Source: a virus | Direction: 5' to 3' (one strand) | Virus record (IMG/VR): IMGVR_UViG_3300044639_001144 | Length of the DNA: 64,000 nucleotides | Shown here: piece after piece, positions 1 to 9,900 of the stretch | How positions within the stretch are numbered: position 1 is the stretch's first letter | Layout of the letters: each line of letters starts with the position of its first letter | Notes under the pieces: model-generated | Told to the model about the DNA's origin: nothing | Seen by the model: only the letters and a program-made list of their open reading frames with translations | Database searches by the model: none | Made by a program: the position numbers and the translations under genes

Positions 1-700
1 GTTGATCACAATGTGGACATAATTTTTTTTCACGCTTTTTGCCCATGTTAGCTAAACTTCTTACTAACTTTTCTTCTTCTGTTTGCTTACGTCCACGAAG
101 TTTATCACCAATTCTTTTACGAGTTTCTTCCGACACTTCAACACCATAACGAGGATTGCCTTCGCTCGTGTACATTTTACTTCTTTCTAATTTGTATTCT
201 TCACTATACTCTGCTCGTTTAATCCCTTGCTCTTTTCTTTTTAGTAAAGATTGTTTTAATTTATCTATTTCATGTTGTGGTGGTTTTCTTCCTGTATTTG
301 CTTCACTAATTCGTCTGCGAGCTTCATCTGAGTGAGTTTTTCCATAAAAACCGTTGCCCTTTCCCCGAAACTGTGTACTTTGTAACTTTGAATATTCTTT
401 TTTAATACTCTCGTATACTCTTGCTGTTATTTTTGTTTTATATCTTTCTTGATTTTGATTTTCTGCTCGCATCATACGTAACGCATTTAACATTCTATGA
501 TGATCTTTTCCGCTAGTCATTTTTACTAGTAGCCAATGACATATAAAATGCTCTCGAGGTGTGAGATCTACCAAATTAGTAACATCATCGGATCCACCTA
601 AACTGCGTGGTTGAATGTGATGACTTTCTGTGTAGTCAGATAAAATGCGATTTTTGGCATTTTCAGTAATATTATTGTACCATTTTGTGTATTTGTTCAT
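1..700 (-). CDS. HNH homing endonuclease with NUMOD3-type DNA-binding repeats (3' end runs off the window)
   Basis: Not in the ORF track. Manual translation from ATG at 700 gives MNKYTKWYNNITENAKNRILSDYTESHHIQPRSLGGSDDVTNLVDLTPREHFICHWLL (HNH core), then GKGNGFYGKTHSDEARRRISEA and GNPRYGVEVSEETRKRIG (NUMOD3-like). Open to the window edge. Confidence 0.88.
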   Translation of the reverse strand, partial: MNKYTKWYNNITENAKNRILSDYTESHHIQPRSLGGSDDVTNLVDLTPREHFICHWLLVKMTSGKDHHRMLNALRMMRAENQNQERYKTKITARVYESIKKEYSKLQSTQFRGKGNGFYGKTHSDEARRRISEANTGRKPPQHEIDKLKQSLLKRKEQGIKRAEYSEEYKLERSKMYTSEGNPRYGVEVSEETRKRIGDKLRGRKQTEEEKLVRSLANMGKKREKKLCPHCDQ

Positions 701-705
701 AAGTT

Positions 706-711
706 TATTTA
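706..711 (-). promoter_or_regulatory. T4-type late promoter box (CATAAATA) for the HNH gene
   Basis: TAAATA lies 5 nt upstream of the ATG at 700; no SD sequence. Confidence 0.5.
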
Positions 712-755
712 TGTTAGTAAGCTCAATAGTAACATTTTTATAAACAAAAGTCAAC

Positions 756-781
756 AAAAAAGACACATTTCTGTGTCTTTT
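756..781 (-). terminator. Rho-independent terminator after the major capsid gene
   Basis: Minus strand AAAAGACACA-GAAA-TGTGTCTTTTTT: perfect stem, GNRA loop and U-tract, ~40 nt after the gp23 stop. Confidence 0.85.
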
Positions 782-822
782 CTGAAACTTCCCATCCCTG
801 AGTTGTTTGTATTGCGTTTGTA

Positions 823-2019
823 TTAACTAAAGCTGAGATTTTGGACGGCAATTTCTCCGACATAATCGGCAGCATTACCAAATGAACTTGCAGTATTCGT
901 TAATTCCACAAATCCGTAACGGGTCATAAATGATACGACTGGTTCGAATGTGCTTGGATCCAACACAACGCCAGAACTCATCAGCGGAATGTATGGGCAA
1001 TAGAACGCAGCGGCATCAGCCTCTGACGAACCTTTGTACCCAACCAATACTGATTGTGTATCTGGAGCATAGCTGTTTACGAATACACGTAATGAACCAT
1101 TTAATGTACCAACAAACTTAGTGTTTGTAGGAGCTTCAAATGTTCCTTCTGTTGTACGAGCAAAAGCTGATGTTGTTGCAGATTGTAGTACTGTTAAAGC
1201 AGCACTTGAAACAACGGCCCAGTTACCAGCGCCACGACGTGTGCGTTGGGCGATCAAGTTAGCAACACGATTGATCAGAACAGCTAAAGCAGCGTGTTCA
1301 TCACCAACGAATGTAGCAGTACCTGATACTGTAGCTTGGTTGTATGTGTACTCTGTAGCAGCCAATGAGCTTAACGATAAGAGAATCTCTTGATCGATTT
1401 CAGCTGTGATTTCTTGGGCTAAAGCAGCCATAATTTCTGCTTCAACGTCAATACCATGCATAGCTTGAGCGTCTTGTGCTGACTCAAATGTCCAACGAGC
1501 TTGTAACTTACGTGTCTTAGCTTCAACAGCTTGTTTCAAGATCTGGATACTGATTTGTTTACCGCCAGTACCTTCCATTGTAGCTGTGTTGTTACCAGTA
1601 TACGCAGAAGCAGTAGTAGTACCTTGTGGAACTGTTGAGTATGCTGTAGCAATGGTGAATGGGCTTAAAGCTTCTTGACCAGCTGTTACACTTGTTGCGG
1701 CTAAGCTATTGTCAGTCAATGACTGAGCATAACGTACACGCAATGTATGGATCTGTGAAACAGGTCCTGTCATTGGCTGTACACCAACCAACTCGTTAGC
1801 AATAACAGTTGGCATTACACGACGGATAACTGGCAGAATTACACGGTTTAATGTAGCAATGTTGCCTGATGCTGTCGAACCCGATGTTGCATTTTCTTTC
1901 AAATACTTACGGGTGTTTTCGAGGATTACAGACATTGAGCTACGCTTTGAACCGTTAAGTCCTTCTAGCAATGCATCTTTTGTCTCGCCCCAACGGCTTT
2001 CTAATAACGCTTGTGACAT
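823..2019 (-). CDS. gp23: major capsid protein (T4 gp23-like)
   Basis: Motifs LVGVQPMTGPVSQIHTLRVRY, VEAKTRKLQARWTFESAQD, EITAEIDQE, FYCPYIPL and FMTRYG; SD GGAG; follows the scaffold gene. Confidence 0.97.
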   Translation of the reverse strand: MSQALLESRWGETKDALLEGLNGSKRSSMSVILENTRKYLKENATSGSTASGNIATLNRVILPVIRRVMPTVIANELVGVQPMTGPVSQIHTLRVRYAQSLTDNSLAATSVTAGQEALSPFTIATAYSTVPQGTTTASAYTGNNTATMEGTGGKQISIQILKQAVEAKTRKLQARWTFESAQDAQAMHGIDVEAEIMAALAQEITAEIDQEILLSLSSLAATEYTYNQATVSGTATFVGDEHAALAVLINRVANLIAQRTRRGAGNWAVVSSAALTVLQSATTSAFARTTEGTFEAPTNTKFVGTLNGSLRVFVNSYAPDTQSVLVGYKGSSEADAAAFYCPYIPLMSSGVVLDPSTFEPVVSFMTRYGFVELTNTASSFGNAADYVGEIAVQNLSFS

Positions 2020-2041
2020 TTAAGTCTCCTTTTTTTTCTTT

Positions 2042-3136
2042 TTACAGCCCTGCCAACCGCTTAAGATCAATGACGTTGCTTTCGCTTTCGTCTTCTTGCT
2101 CTTGGACACGGGCAGATTTATCGCCAGTTGCTTCAGTTAATGTTTCTGTAAAGACTTTTTTAGCTTTTACAGAGCGATTTTCTAAAACTGCTGGTAGATA
2201 CTTTTCAAAAGCACCTTTCAAACGTGAAGTTTGAACGCTTTCAAGTAAATTACGCATTACTTCTGCTTTTTCTTCGTTAAGAGGATTAAGCAAATCTTCC
2301 ATTGTACGAGCACGTACATTAGATTCTTTTAAGATGCGTACTTCACGTTCTTTAGATTCGACTAAGACAGTTGCCTTCTTAGCGAATTTGATGGCTTCAG
2401 CAATTTTTTGATCTTTTTGAGCAATCATATCATGCAGTTTGCGGACTTCAGCTTTTTCATTTAAATGAGTAGCTCCGAATTCTGTACTGTATGCTTCAAA
2501 AATACGACGACCAAAATTGTTCTCACGAGCAACTTGGATGTCTTCTTTCAATTGGCTGAGTTCAGCTTTGAGATGCTTGGATACAGCCTGTGTCATCTTT
2601 TCTGCAGATTCTTTTACGAAACGGCTCTTTAGTGCTTCCAATTGCCCACGTGCATTTTGAACTAAGCGAACCTTAGTTTCAACTACATCACGTTTGTCTT
2701 CTTGGAATTCACGGATTTCACGGGCTAACGCATGAACGATAAAACCTTCTAATTTTTGAAGGCCTTCATTATGTGTTTTACGATCTTTACGCAATTCACC
2801 AATTTCTTCTGCTAATTTAGATACCATGAAGTTGTTAAACTTGTTAGTATCTTCTTTAATTTTGCGTTGGAATTTGACACGATCTTCGGCAAGTGCGGCT
2901 TTTTCGGCACGAACTTGTTGAACTTCTGCGATAAGACTTTCTGTTACCATGCGATCTAAGGCTTCTACCATCACTGATTTGTCATGCTCATAGCGTTGTG
3001 CAAACTCTTCGCGGAGTTCTGCACGGGCTTGTTCTTTGGCTTCAACAATCTTGGCTTCCCAAGCTTCGTTGATTTCAGCTTTCGCTTCCTCAGTAACAAA
3101 CTCGCTATCTAATAACGGTTTCAATGCGTCTAGCAT
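2042..3136 (-). CDS. gp22: prohead core scaffolding protein (gp22-like)
   Basis: Coiled-coil, E/K-rich protein between the protease and capsid genes; multiple L/I-x-E sites. Confidence 0.85.
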   Translation of the reverse strand: MLDALKPLLDSEFVTEEAKAEINEAWEAKIVEAKEQARAELREEFAQRYEHDKSVMVEALDRMVTESLIAEVQQVRAEKAALAEDRVKFQRKIKEDTNKFNNFMVSKLAEEIGELRKDRKTHNEGLQKLEGFIVHALAREIREFQEDKRDVVETKVRLVQNARGQLEALKSRFVKESAEKMTQAVSKHLKAELSQLKEDIQVARENNFGRRIFEAYSTEFGATHLNEKAEVRKLHDMIAQKDQKIAEAIKFAKKATVLVESKEREVRILKESNVRARTMEDLLNPLNEEKAEVMRNLLESVQTSRLKGAFEKYLPAVLENRSVKAKKVFTETLTEATGDKSARVQEQEDESESNVIDLKRLAGL

Positions 3137-3137
3137 A

Positions 3138-3788
3138 TTATTTTCCTTCGATCTTCAGATCACGTATTAAACGAAGAACTTCATTTGATACGTATTTCTG
3201 TGCTTTGTTGCTTTTAGCCGGATCTTTAAACATTTCCAATAACTTTTGTCCGCCGGCATGGTTTAATAAGCCTTCGTAAATTGCTGTTGGATATGCGTTT
3301 GGAGCACTTGGCTGAGCAACTACATCAACAGTGACGATTTCAAAGTCACTGACATGTCCGTTGGAGTCGTTGACATTACCTGATCCACGACTACTAACCC
3401 CTAATTTCACACCTTGGTCTAACATTGTTTTCACAAGTAAACCCATTGGTGTTCCTAATATCTTTAATTTGCCATACCCACAATGTCCTTCCATCCACAT
3501 TTTTTCAATCATATGTGAAACACGATCTAAATTAATCTTAAGATCATCAGGATGGTCAACTTCACCTAGGACAGAGTGACCTGTTTTAAGTTGATTGTTG
3601 ATTGCGTCTACTGCTTTTTCAATTTCGTCTACTGGATATACACGCTCATTGGCATTTCGTATGCCGCCCTCAATACAAATACCCTTCATATAAAGGGTTT
3701 TGCCGCCATCATGGGCTTCCTCAGTTAAAAGTTCTACTTTTGCCTGAGTGAAGCTTAGATGTTCTTTGAGATATGTGTTGCGAGCCAT
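3138..3788 (-). CDS. gp21: prohead maturation protease (gp21-like)
   Basis: Motifs NANERVYP, LGEVDHP, INLDRVSH, GKLKILGTPMG, LGVSSRGSG and DVVAQPSAPNAY. Confidence 0.95.
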   Translation of the reverse strand: MARNTYLKEHLSFTQAKVELLTEEAHDGGKTLYMKGICIEGGIRNANERVYPVDEIEKAVDAINNQLKTGHSVLGEVDHPDDLKINLDRVSHMIEKMWMEGHCGYGKLKILGTPMGLLVKTMLDQGVKLGVSSRGSGNVNDSNGHVSDFEIVTVDVVAQPSAPNAYPTAIYEGLLNHAGGQKLLEMFKDPAKSNKAQKYVSNEVLRLIRDLKIEGK

Positions 3789-3797
3789 ATCAGTCTA

Positions 3798-4691
3798 TTA
3801 ACCTTTTGGAAAAGGTGTTTTTGTATTAACGCCAGCTGCCTGGGCTAAATGTGGCTTTGGAGCTGCTGCTAATTTAGCATTTGCGCCGCCTTTTGCTGGA
3901 ACATTTTTGAATGAACCTGCGCCTGGTAAATCGCCACGACCTTTGTCAGCATAACTGTTTGGTGCTTTGTAAGCTGATGTACCGTCTGGATTTGCTTCAG
4001 AAGCTACATTGCGTACTGGCTTACCTTGCATGCCGGCTGCGCCTGAATTAAATGTTGTTGGCGATTTAGCATTAGCACCGTTATCACCCATTTTAGCTGG
4101 AGCAACTTTTTGTAAACTAATGTTTTCCATCACGCCCATATCAGCTTCTTCTTCATCAAATTCTGATGTATCGTCGTCAGCATAAGCATCACCACCAACT
4201 TCACCATCAACTGGATCCATGTCAAAATCGTCGCCGCCGTGTTCAGCTTCTTCGTCGCCCATTAACGCTTCAAATTCAGCCATTAATTCGTCGAGTTTGT
4301 CTTCTAAATCAACTACGCGATCTTCGAGATCTTCTTCGCCTGCGTCGTCGTCATGATCATGTTCAATATCTTTGGTCATGTCTTCTCCGTCATCTTCAGC
4401 TTCGTCGTCAAATTCAGCATCTGCATCATCTTCTTCGTTCATGCCGCCGTCTTGATCGGTTTGAACTTCGCGCATTACATCTTCTGTTGCAGAACCGGAA
4501 GTATCGTCCATTCCTTCTTCAATATCTTCTTCTTCGTCAAGCTCTTCGCTTTCTTCGCCGTCTTCTTCATTCATTAAATTTTCATAAATTTCGCGTGATT
4601 TCTCAACTACGATGTTATGGAAAAGCTCGCGGGCTTTTTGTTCGTCATCGTTAATCACATACTCGATTAACTGTTCAAATTTCGATGTCAT
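3798..4691 (-). CDS. highly acidic prohead core/internal protein (gp67/gp68 position)
   Basis: D/E-rich middle and A/G/K/P-rich tail; SD AGGAG; located between the portal and protease genes. Confidence 0.65.
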   Translation of the reverse strand: MTSKFEQLIEYVINDDEQKARELFHNIVVEKSREIYENLMNEEDGEESEELDEEEDIEEGMDDTSGSATEDVMREVQTDQDGGMNEEDDADAEFDDEAEDDGEDMTKDIEHDHDDDAGEEDLEDRVVDLEDKLDELMAEFEALMGDEEAEHGGDDFDMDPVDGEVGGDAYADDDTSEFDEEEADMGVMENISLQKVAPAKMGDNGANAKSPTTFNSGAAGMQGKPVRNVASEANPDGTSAYKAPNSYADKGRGDLPGAGSFKNVPAKGGANAKLAAAPKPHLAQAAGVNTKTPFPKG

Positions 4692-4788
4692 ATTATCTCC
4701 TTGGATGATGGCTCGTGCTAATACTTAGTATTAAGTAATAATATTACTCGATTATCGGGGAGAAAGTGACTATTTTATGTAATTTGTA

Positions 4789-5016
4789 TTACACAGGTGC
4801 CCCTGCAGGTTCTGCAGGCGGAGCGTATTGAGCTTTGACATATTTTAATTTATTAGTATGTTCTATTTTACGCAAATCATTCATTTGCCGTAATTTACGA
4901 ATTTGTGCCAAAGTTAAACGAGTCTTACGTAATTGTCCCATTTGTGGTTGGGTATTATCATTTTCTAAATCCTGATAAGATTCGGGACTTTTTTCGTAGA
5001 GTTCGTTTAGTATCAT
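4789..5016 (-). CDS. small head-module protein (RKTRLTL motif)
   Basis: 75-aa ORF between the portal and core genes; TAAATA box 7 nt upstream. Confidence 0.7.
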   Translation of the reverse strand: MILNELYEKSPESYQDLENDNTQPQMGQLRKTRLTLAQIRKLRQMNDLRKIEHTNKLKYVKAQYAPPAEPAGAPV

Positions 5017-5023
5017 AGTTTAT

Positions 5024-5029
5024 TATTTA
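5024..5029 (-). promoter_or_regulatory. late promoter box CTAAATA
   Basis: 7 nt upstream of the ATG at 5016. Confidence 0.55.
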
Positions 5030-5045
5030 GTTTATATTGTTAAGT

Positions 5046-6884
5046 TTACGCCCCGGCAGTATTTCCAGCTGGACTACCTACGCTGCCTGCACCTGGTGCT
5101 GTTTGCGAAGCTGGAGCTGGTCCTGCCCCAGTATCAACATCAGCAGTTCCTACACCAGTATTCGCTAAATCATCACCCATATCTATATCTGCATCCATTC
5201 CAGCAGGAGTTACACCCACTGAACGCAAATCTTGGCCTGATACATTAACAAGTTCAGAAAGATCTCTTTCTTCTTTCCACAATTTTTCATTTTCGAGGAT
5301 TTCTTCTTCAGTTAATCCTAAATATCTCTTTAATAAGAAACGTTTTGACAGATATGGCAACGGTTCAATTGCTGAAAATGTACTGACACGAGCTGTATCA
5401 AGCTCAGATTGACGATAACTAGCAAAGTTCTGTGGTTGAGTTAGACGTAAAGTAAAGATACTGCTATCAATACTAAACCCTCTCCAGTGTAAAAACATCT
5501 TAAATTCGTCATCTAACTTCTGCATAATTAGTTTTTGTAAACGTTCGCAGTACTTGTTAAAACGGAATTCTTGTATTAATGCTGTACCAACACGGCCGTC
5601 ATTCATTGGAGCTGAACTATCATCTGGCCCTGTTGGAAGATAACTACTAGGAACACGCAATCCTCGTGCCATTTTGTTGTTAAAATACTTTAAATCGTCA
5701 ATTTCGCCTAGATTTTGCCCACCCGGCAATACTTCAACTGAACTACCACGTCCGTCTGTTGTTTGCGGAAAGAAGTAATCTTCATTAACACTTAATGGAT
5801 TGTAACTAGCATCCATCATGTTAGATCCACCGCCAGTTATAGTAGGAATACGGCGTTGATGCATTTCGTTTTTAACACGCTCAACGAATGCCATAGCCAT
5901 GTGACTAGGCATATTACCCACGTCAATTTTAAATAAACGGCGTTCCGGAGCACGTTGTACACGATAAATCAATACAGAATCTTCTAAAAGTTCTTTTTGT
6001 TTATAAACTTTGTAAATGTTTTCTAAAATACTTTGCCCAAATGGCCAAAAATAATCTAATCCTTCATTTAAACTTAGATGTACAACGTGTTTAGCGTCAA
6101 TACATGATTCATTCATAGCTTGTGTGAAGCGACTATTGCCTGTTCCCCCACCACCACCACCGCCGCCACCACCATTAGGTGCGTTATAATTACCGCCTGT
6201 TGTAACCGACCCAGTTGAACGGCTTACATAATAATCAGATGTGGTCTTAGCCGCCATACTCATATTTTGGAAGTTAGGATTAATGTCACGAATAATATAT
6301 TGTTCAGGGCGTTTGCCTTCCGACTCGTTAACAATAATACGAGCCACTTTAATCATGTCAATCCAATACATTTCAAATGTTTCTGGATCACGAACAAATA
6401 CTTGATCACCGTATTTGATAGCGTTTCTAAACAATTTAAAAATACGCTGATCTAATTTGTTTAACTTAGTCCATTGCTGCAATTGTTTTTTAATAATTTC
6501 AATTTCATGATCAGTTGGATTTTCAGCAAAATCAATATCAAAAGGAGTACCGTTGTCGCCATTGGCTTGTGTACTAAATTCAGCAATAATATCTAAGCAA
6601 GCGTTTACTTCGCTATCACAATCCATATTTTCATATTGATTATAACGTTCTAATCTATTTGGATGTCCTGAATAAACTTCAGGTAATCTACTTGCGTAAT
6701 TACGAAATGCAAATTCGTTTCGTGTTCCACTTTCAAAATCAGAACCTGGTCTGTTATAACCTGGTAGTCCAAAATTATTCTTGCCTGAAATAGGGCTAAG
6801 TTGACCCATCTGATTTGTATCAGCGAGTTTAAAATATTTGCGCCAAGAGCCGTTGCGTCCGTTAGTACCGTTTGAAGTTGCCAT
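5046..6884 (-). CDS. gp20: portal vertex protein (gp20-like)
   Basis: Motifs LLEDSVLIYRVQRAPERRLFKIDVGNMP, EDYFFP, VEVLPGGQNLGEIDDLKYFNNK and LRVPSSYL. Confidence 0.96.
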   Translation of the reverse strand: MATSNGTNGRNGSWRKYFKLADTNQMGQLSPISGKNNFGLPGYNRPGSDFESGTRNEFAFRNYASRLPEVYSGHPNRLERYNQYENMDCDSEVNACLDIIAEFSTQANGDNGTPFDIDFAENPTDHEIEIIKKQLQQWTKLNKLDQRIFKLFRNAIKYGDQVFVRDPETFEMYWIDMIKVARIIVNESEGKRPEQYIIRDINPNFQNMSMAAKTTSDYYVSRSTGSVTTGGNYNAPNGGGGGGGGGGTGNSRFTQAMNESCIDAKHVVHLSLNEGLDYFWPFGQSILENIYKVYKQKELLEDSVLIYRVQRAPERRLFKIDVGNMPSHMAMAFVERVKNEMHQRRIPTITGGGSNMMDASYNPLSVNEDYFFPQTTDGRGSSVEVLPGGQNLGEIDDLKYFNNKMARGLRVPSSYLPTGPDDSSAPMNDGRVGTALIQEFRFNKYCERLQKLIMQKLDDEFKMFLHWRGFSIDSSIFTLRLTQPQNFASYRQSELDTARVSTFSAIEPLPYLSKRFLLKRYLGLTEEEILENEKLWKEERDLSELVNVSGQDLRSVGVTPAGMDADIDMGDDLANTGVGTADVDTGAGPAPASQTAPGAGSVGSPAGNTAGA

Positions 6885-6891
6885 AGTCTGT

Positions 6892-6897
6892 TATTTA
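6892..6897 (-). promoter_or_regulatory. late promoter box CTAAATA for the portal gene
   Basis: 7 nt upstream of the ATG at 6884; no SD sequence. Confidence 0.55.
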
Positions 6898-6902
6898 GTT
6901 CA

Positions 6903-9900
6903 TTAACCTTGTAGTTGTAATAACTCTTTCGACATATTAGCGTGTTTTGTCATACCATCAACTAATAATCCTAATTTTTGTACCTTTTCTGCAAGTAATG
7001 ATGCAATTATTGTAGCCGATCCGTCATCTTGATTCGGCATATCTAATGGTATTGACTTGCCATCAGGTAAAGGTACAACAGCTTCGTCGCCGTGTAGCAT
7101 TGCTTGATACCCATCTTTAGGTCCAGTCAATACACCACCTAACTGAGCCGATTGCATTTTTTTACCTTCTGCACCTTCGATAGGCGCTGCTGCTACAGAT
7201 GCAGCAGGAATTTCAGCAGCGGCTGTTCCCACTGGTGCAGTTGCAGATGCCGTCTGAGTAGCTGCTCCCCCACCTTTTTTCATAAATGACAAATCAGCTA
7301 CTTTTTCTGAGCCAAATTGACCTGTTTCCAAATTTCTTGCGTATGCGTCTTTCTTTCGTTGCTCTGTTACTGCATTTGAATTACCAATACTTCGTGCTAC
7401 CTGTGTATATGGATCTGCACCTGGATTTCGTTTCATTCCATCTAGCATCATCATAACCGCAATTTTAGCGGCAATTTTTGGATCATTGGCTAAATCTGGA
7501 TTTCCAACTAGGTCTATGCCTAATTTTTCGCCGTATTTTTTATAATTTGTTTTAAAAGTAATACCAATAAATCCACGACCGCGATATTTGTATCCATCCC
7601 CAGGTTGGTCATTGCCATAACCCTTAAACGCAGGATTTTTGTCACCATACACATAGTCAAAGAATTTTACAGGATCTGCTTTTAATGCAGTCAACTCATC
7701 ATCTGGCATTTTACCAAAAATAGATCCTGCTCCAAATGATTTTCTAATATTTTCGTTACTAGTATTTTGGTAACCAATCTCTGATTGCATTTTAAAACCA
7801 GACTCTCCTTCGGCAGCAGCAGCCATAGAGGCTCTTATTTTAGGATCAGTAACTCCTAACTCGTTCATTGCTTGTAACAATAGTTGTTGATTCTGACCAA
7901 CAGTAGTAGGGCCAGTGCCCTCTGCTAATCCGCCTGCTTTTTCTGTTTCTGCTGTACCGCCAGCTACACTACCAGTACCTCCTGCATTAAGTTTCATAGC
8001 ATTAGCAGCACTACCACCTGGGCTACCACTAGGAGTACCTTCTGCTGCACCTGGGCTACCGCCAGCACTACCACCGGCACTGCCACCTGGGCTACCGCCA
8101 GCACTGCCACCACTACTACCGCTACTGCCACCAGCACTGCCACCGCTACTGCCGCTACTGCCACCGCTACTGCCGCTACTGCCACCAGCACTACTACCAA
8201 CCATGTTATTCAACATAGCCTTACTTCTGTTTAATAAAGAATTTGTGCCAGTTAATTTGCCTGAAGAATCTGCACCACTGCTACCAGTAGAACGTAATTC
8301 TAACATAGCACTCAATGTCTCGAAAGATTTTTGTGTAGGATTAATGCCTTTTGAAACTATTCTAGTAGTTAATTCAGTAATACTGTTTAATTTAGCAGAG
8401 TTTATTTCTAAACTTTTATCAGCATCACTTTTTGCTAACTGTTGATTGGCTAATTGTTCTTTGCTTGTTTTAGCAGTAGTAGTTGTATAATTATTTTGTA
8501 ATATACCTGCTCTCGATAATTCATTCGATATTACCTTGAAAGGATTAACAAACCATACAGAGCCATTTTCTTTATTAGAGTTAGGTTTTTCTGTAGGTTG
8601 ATTGGCAAATGCGGATCTAGTAGTAGCCATACCAGAAGGAATTTCCGATAATGTTTGTGTTATTCCTGTATTTCTATCTCTGTTTGTAGTATTTGTAGTA
8701 TTTGTAGTATTTGTAGTATTTCTAGCAGCATTAGAGTTAGGTTTTTCTGTAGGTTGATTGGCAAATGCGGATCTAGTAGTAGCCATACCAGAAGGAATTT
8801 CCGATAGTGTTTGTGTTATTCCTGTATTTCTATCTCTGTTTGTAGTATTTGTAGTATTTCTAGCAGCGGTAGTAGCAGTAGCAGCAATAGCAGCAATAGG
8901 AACCGCAGCAGTAGCAGCAGTAGCAGCAATAGGAACCGCAGCGGTAGTAGCAGTAGTAGCAGCGGTAGTAGCAGCAGCGGTAGTAGCAGTAGCATTTCTA
9001 CTCATACCTCTAGTATTAGTATCACTGCCCGTCGATCTACCAGGCATAACTCTAGCATTTTCATCTCCGGCACCGCTTGATTTTCCAAAACCAAATAATC
9101 CCCTGGCTTTATCCCATAACGTAGTTCCGCCACCTGCCTGTCCTTCTTTACCTGCTGCTTGCCCTGCCACACCTGCTGTTTGTTGGGCTAACCCCGATAT
9201 TAATTTAAGGGCTGATGTTGCAGGACCAATACCTTTATTAATCACTGCGTCTGCAGATTGTGTTGCATTGCGTTGAGCATTTTTTATCGCAGCCATTCTA
9301 GCAGCATTTGGATCTGCTGCACCTGTTTTTTGTGCTTCTTGGTCTGCTATAGCTTTAGCATTGGTTGCCACATAATCTTTTGTGCTAATAGCACTTAAAG
9401 CCATAATGCCTGTTACTGGCCCCATCAATCGTTCCATCTCACCAGCTTGTGCTGTTCCGAGATTGTTTTCCATTGTAGTAGTAGCTTCTTTACCTAAACT
9501 ATCAAAAAGTACATTGGCGTTCTTTTCCCCCGCTTGAATTTGTTTAACTAGATTAGGGAATGCTCGATTAAATTTAACAAATGCAGGGTCATTAACAGCA
9601 TTTGATAATACCATTGCCAATCCATCAGATTGTGATTCTGCACCAGCGGCTGTCATCATCGACATTAAATCTCGATTACGATTAAGTTCCGCTTCTGCTT
9701 CTTTTGAACCTACTCCACCAGCATCTACTTTTCGTTGCAATTCTACTTGATTGGCATTAAATTGCTCTAGACGCATAGCTTTTGCATAAGCTTCGTTTTG
9801 TCTTTCAGCATTTAATCCAGTTAATTTAGCTAATCGATCTTGTTCAAAGATATATTTTGTAGTGCCAGCTGTAAGTTCTGCTGTGGTTTTTATTTTCGAA

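Noticed and set aside
4166-4654. 162-aa R/H/L-rich plus-strand ORF
   Set aside because: Antisense shadow of the D/E-rich core protein
7915-9276. Plus-strand ORFs of 176, 172 and 89 aa
   Set aside because: Antisense shadows of low-complexity G/S/A/T codon repeats in the tape-measure-like gene
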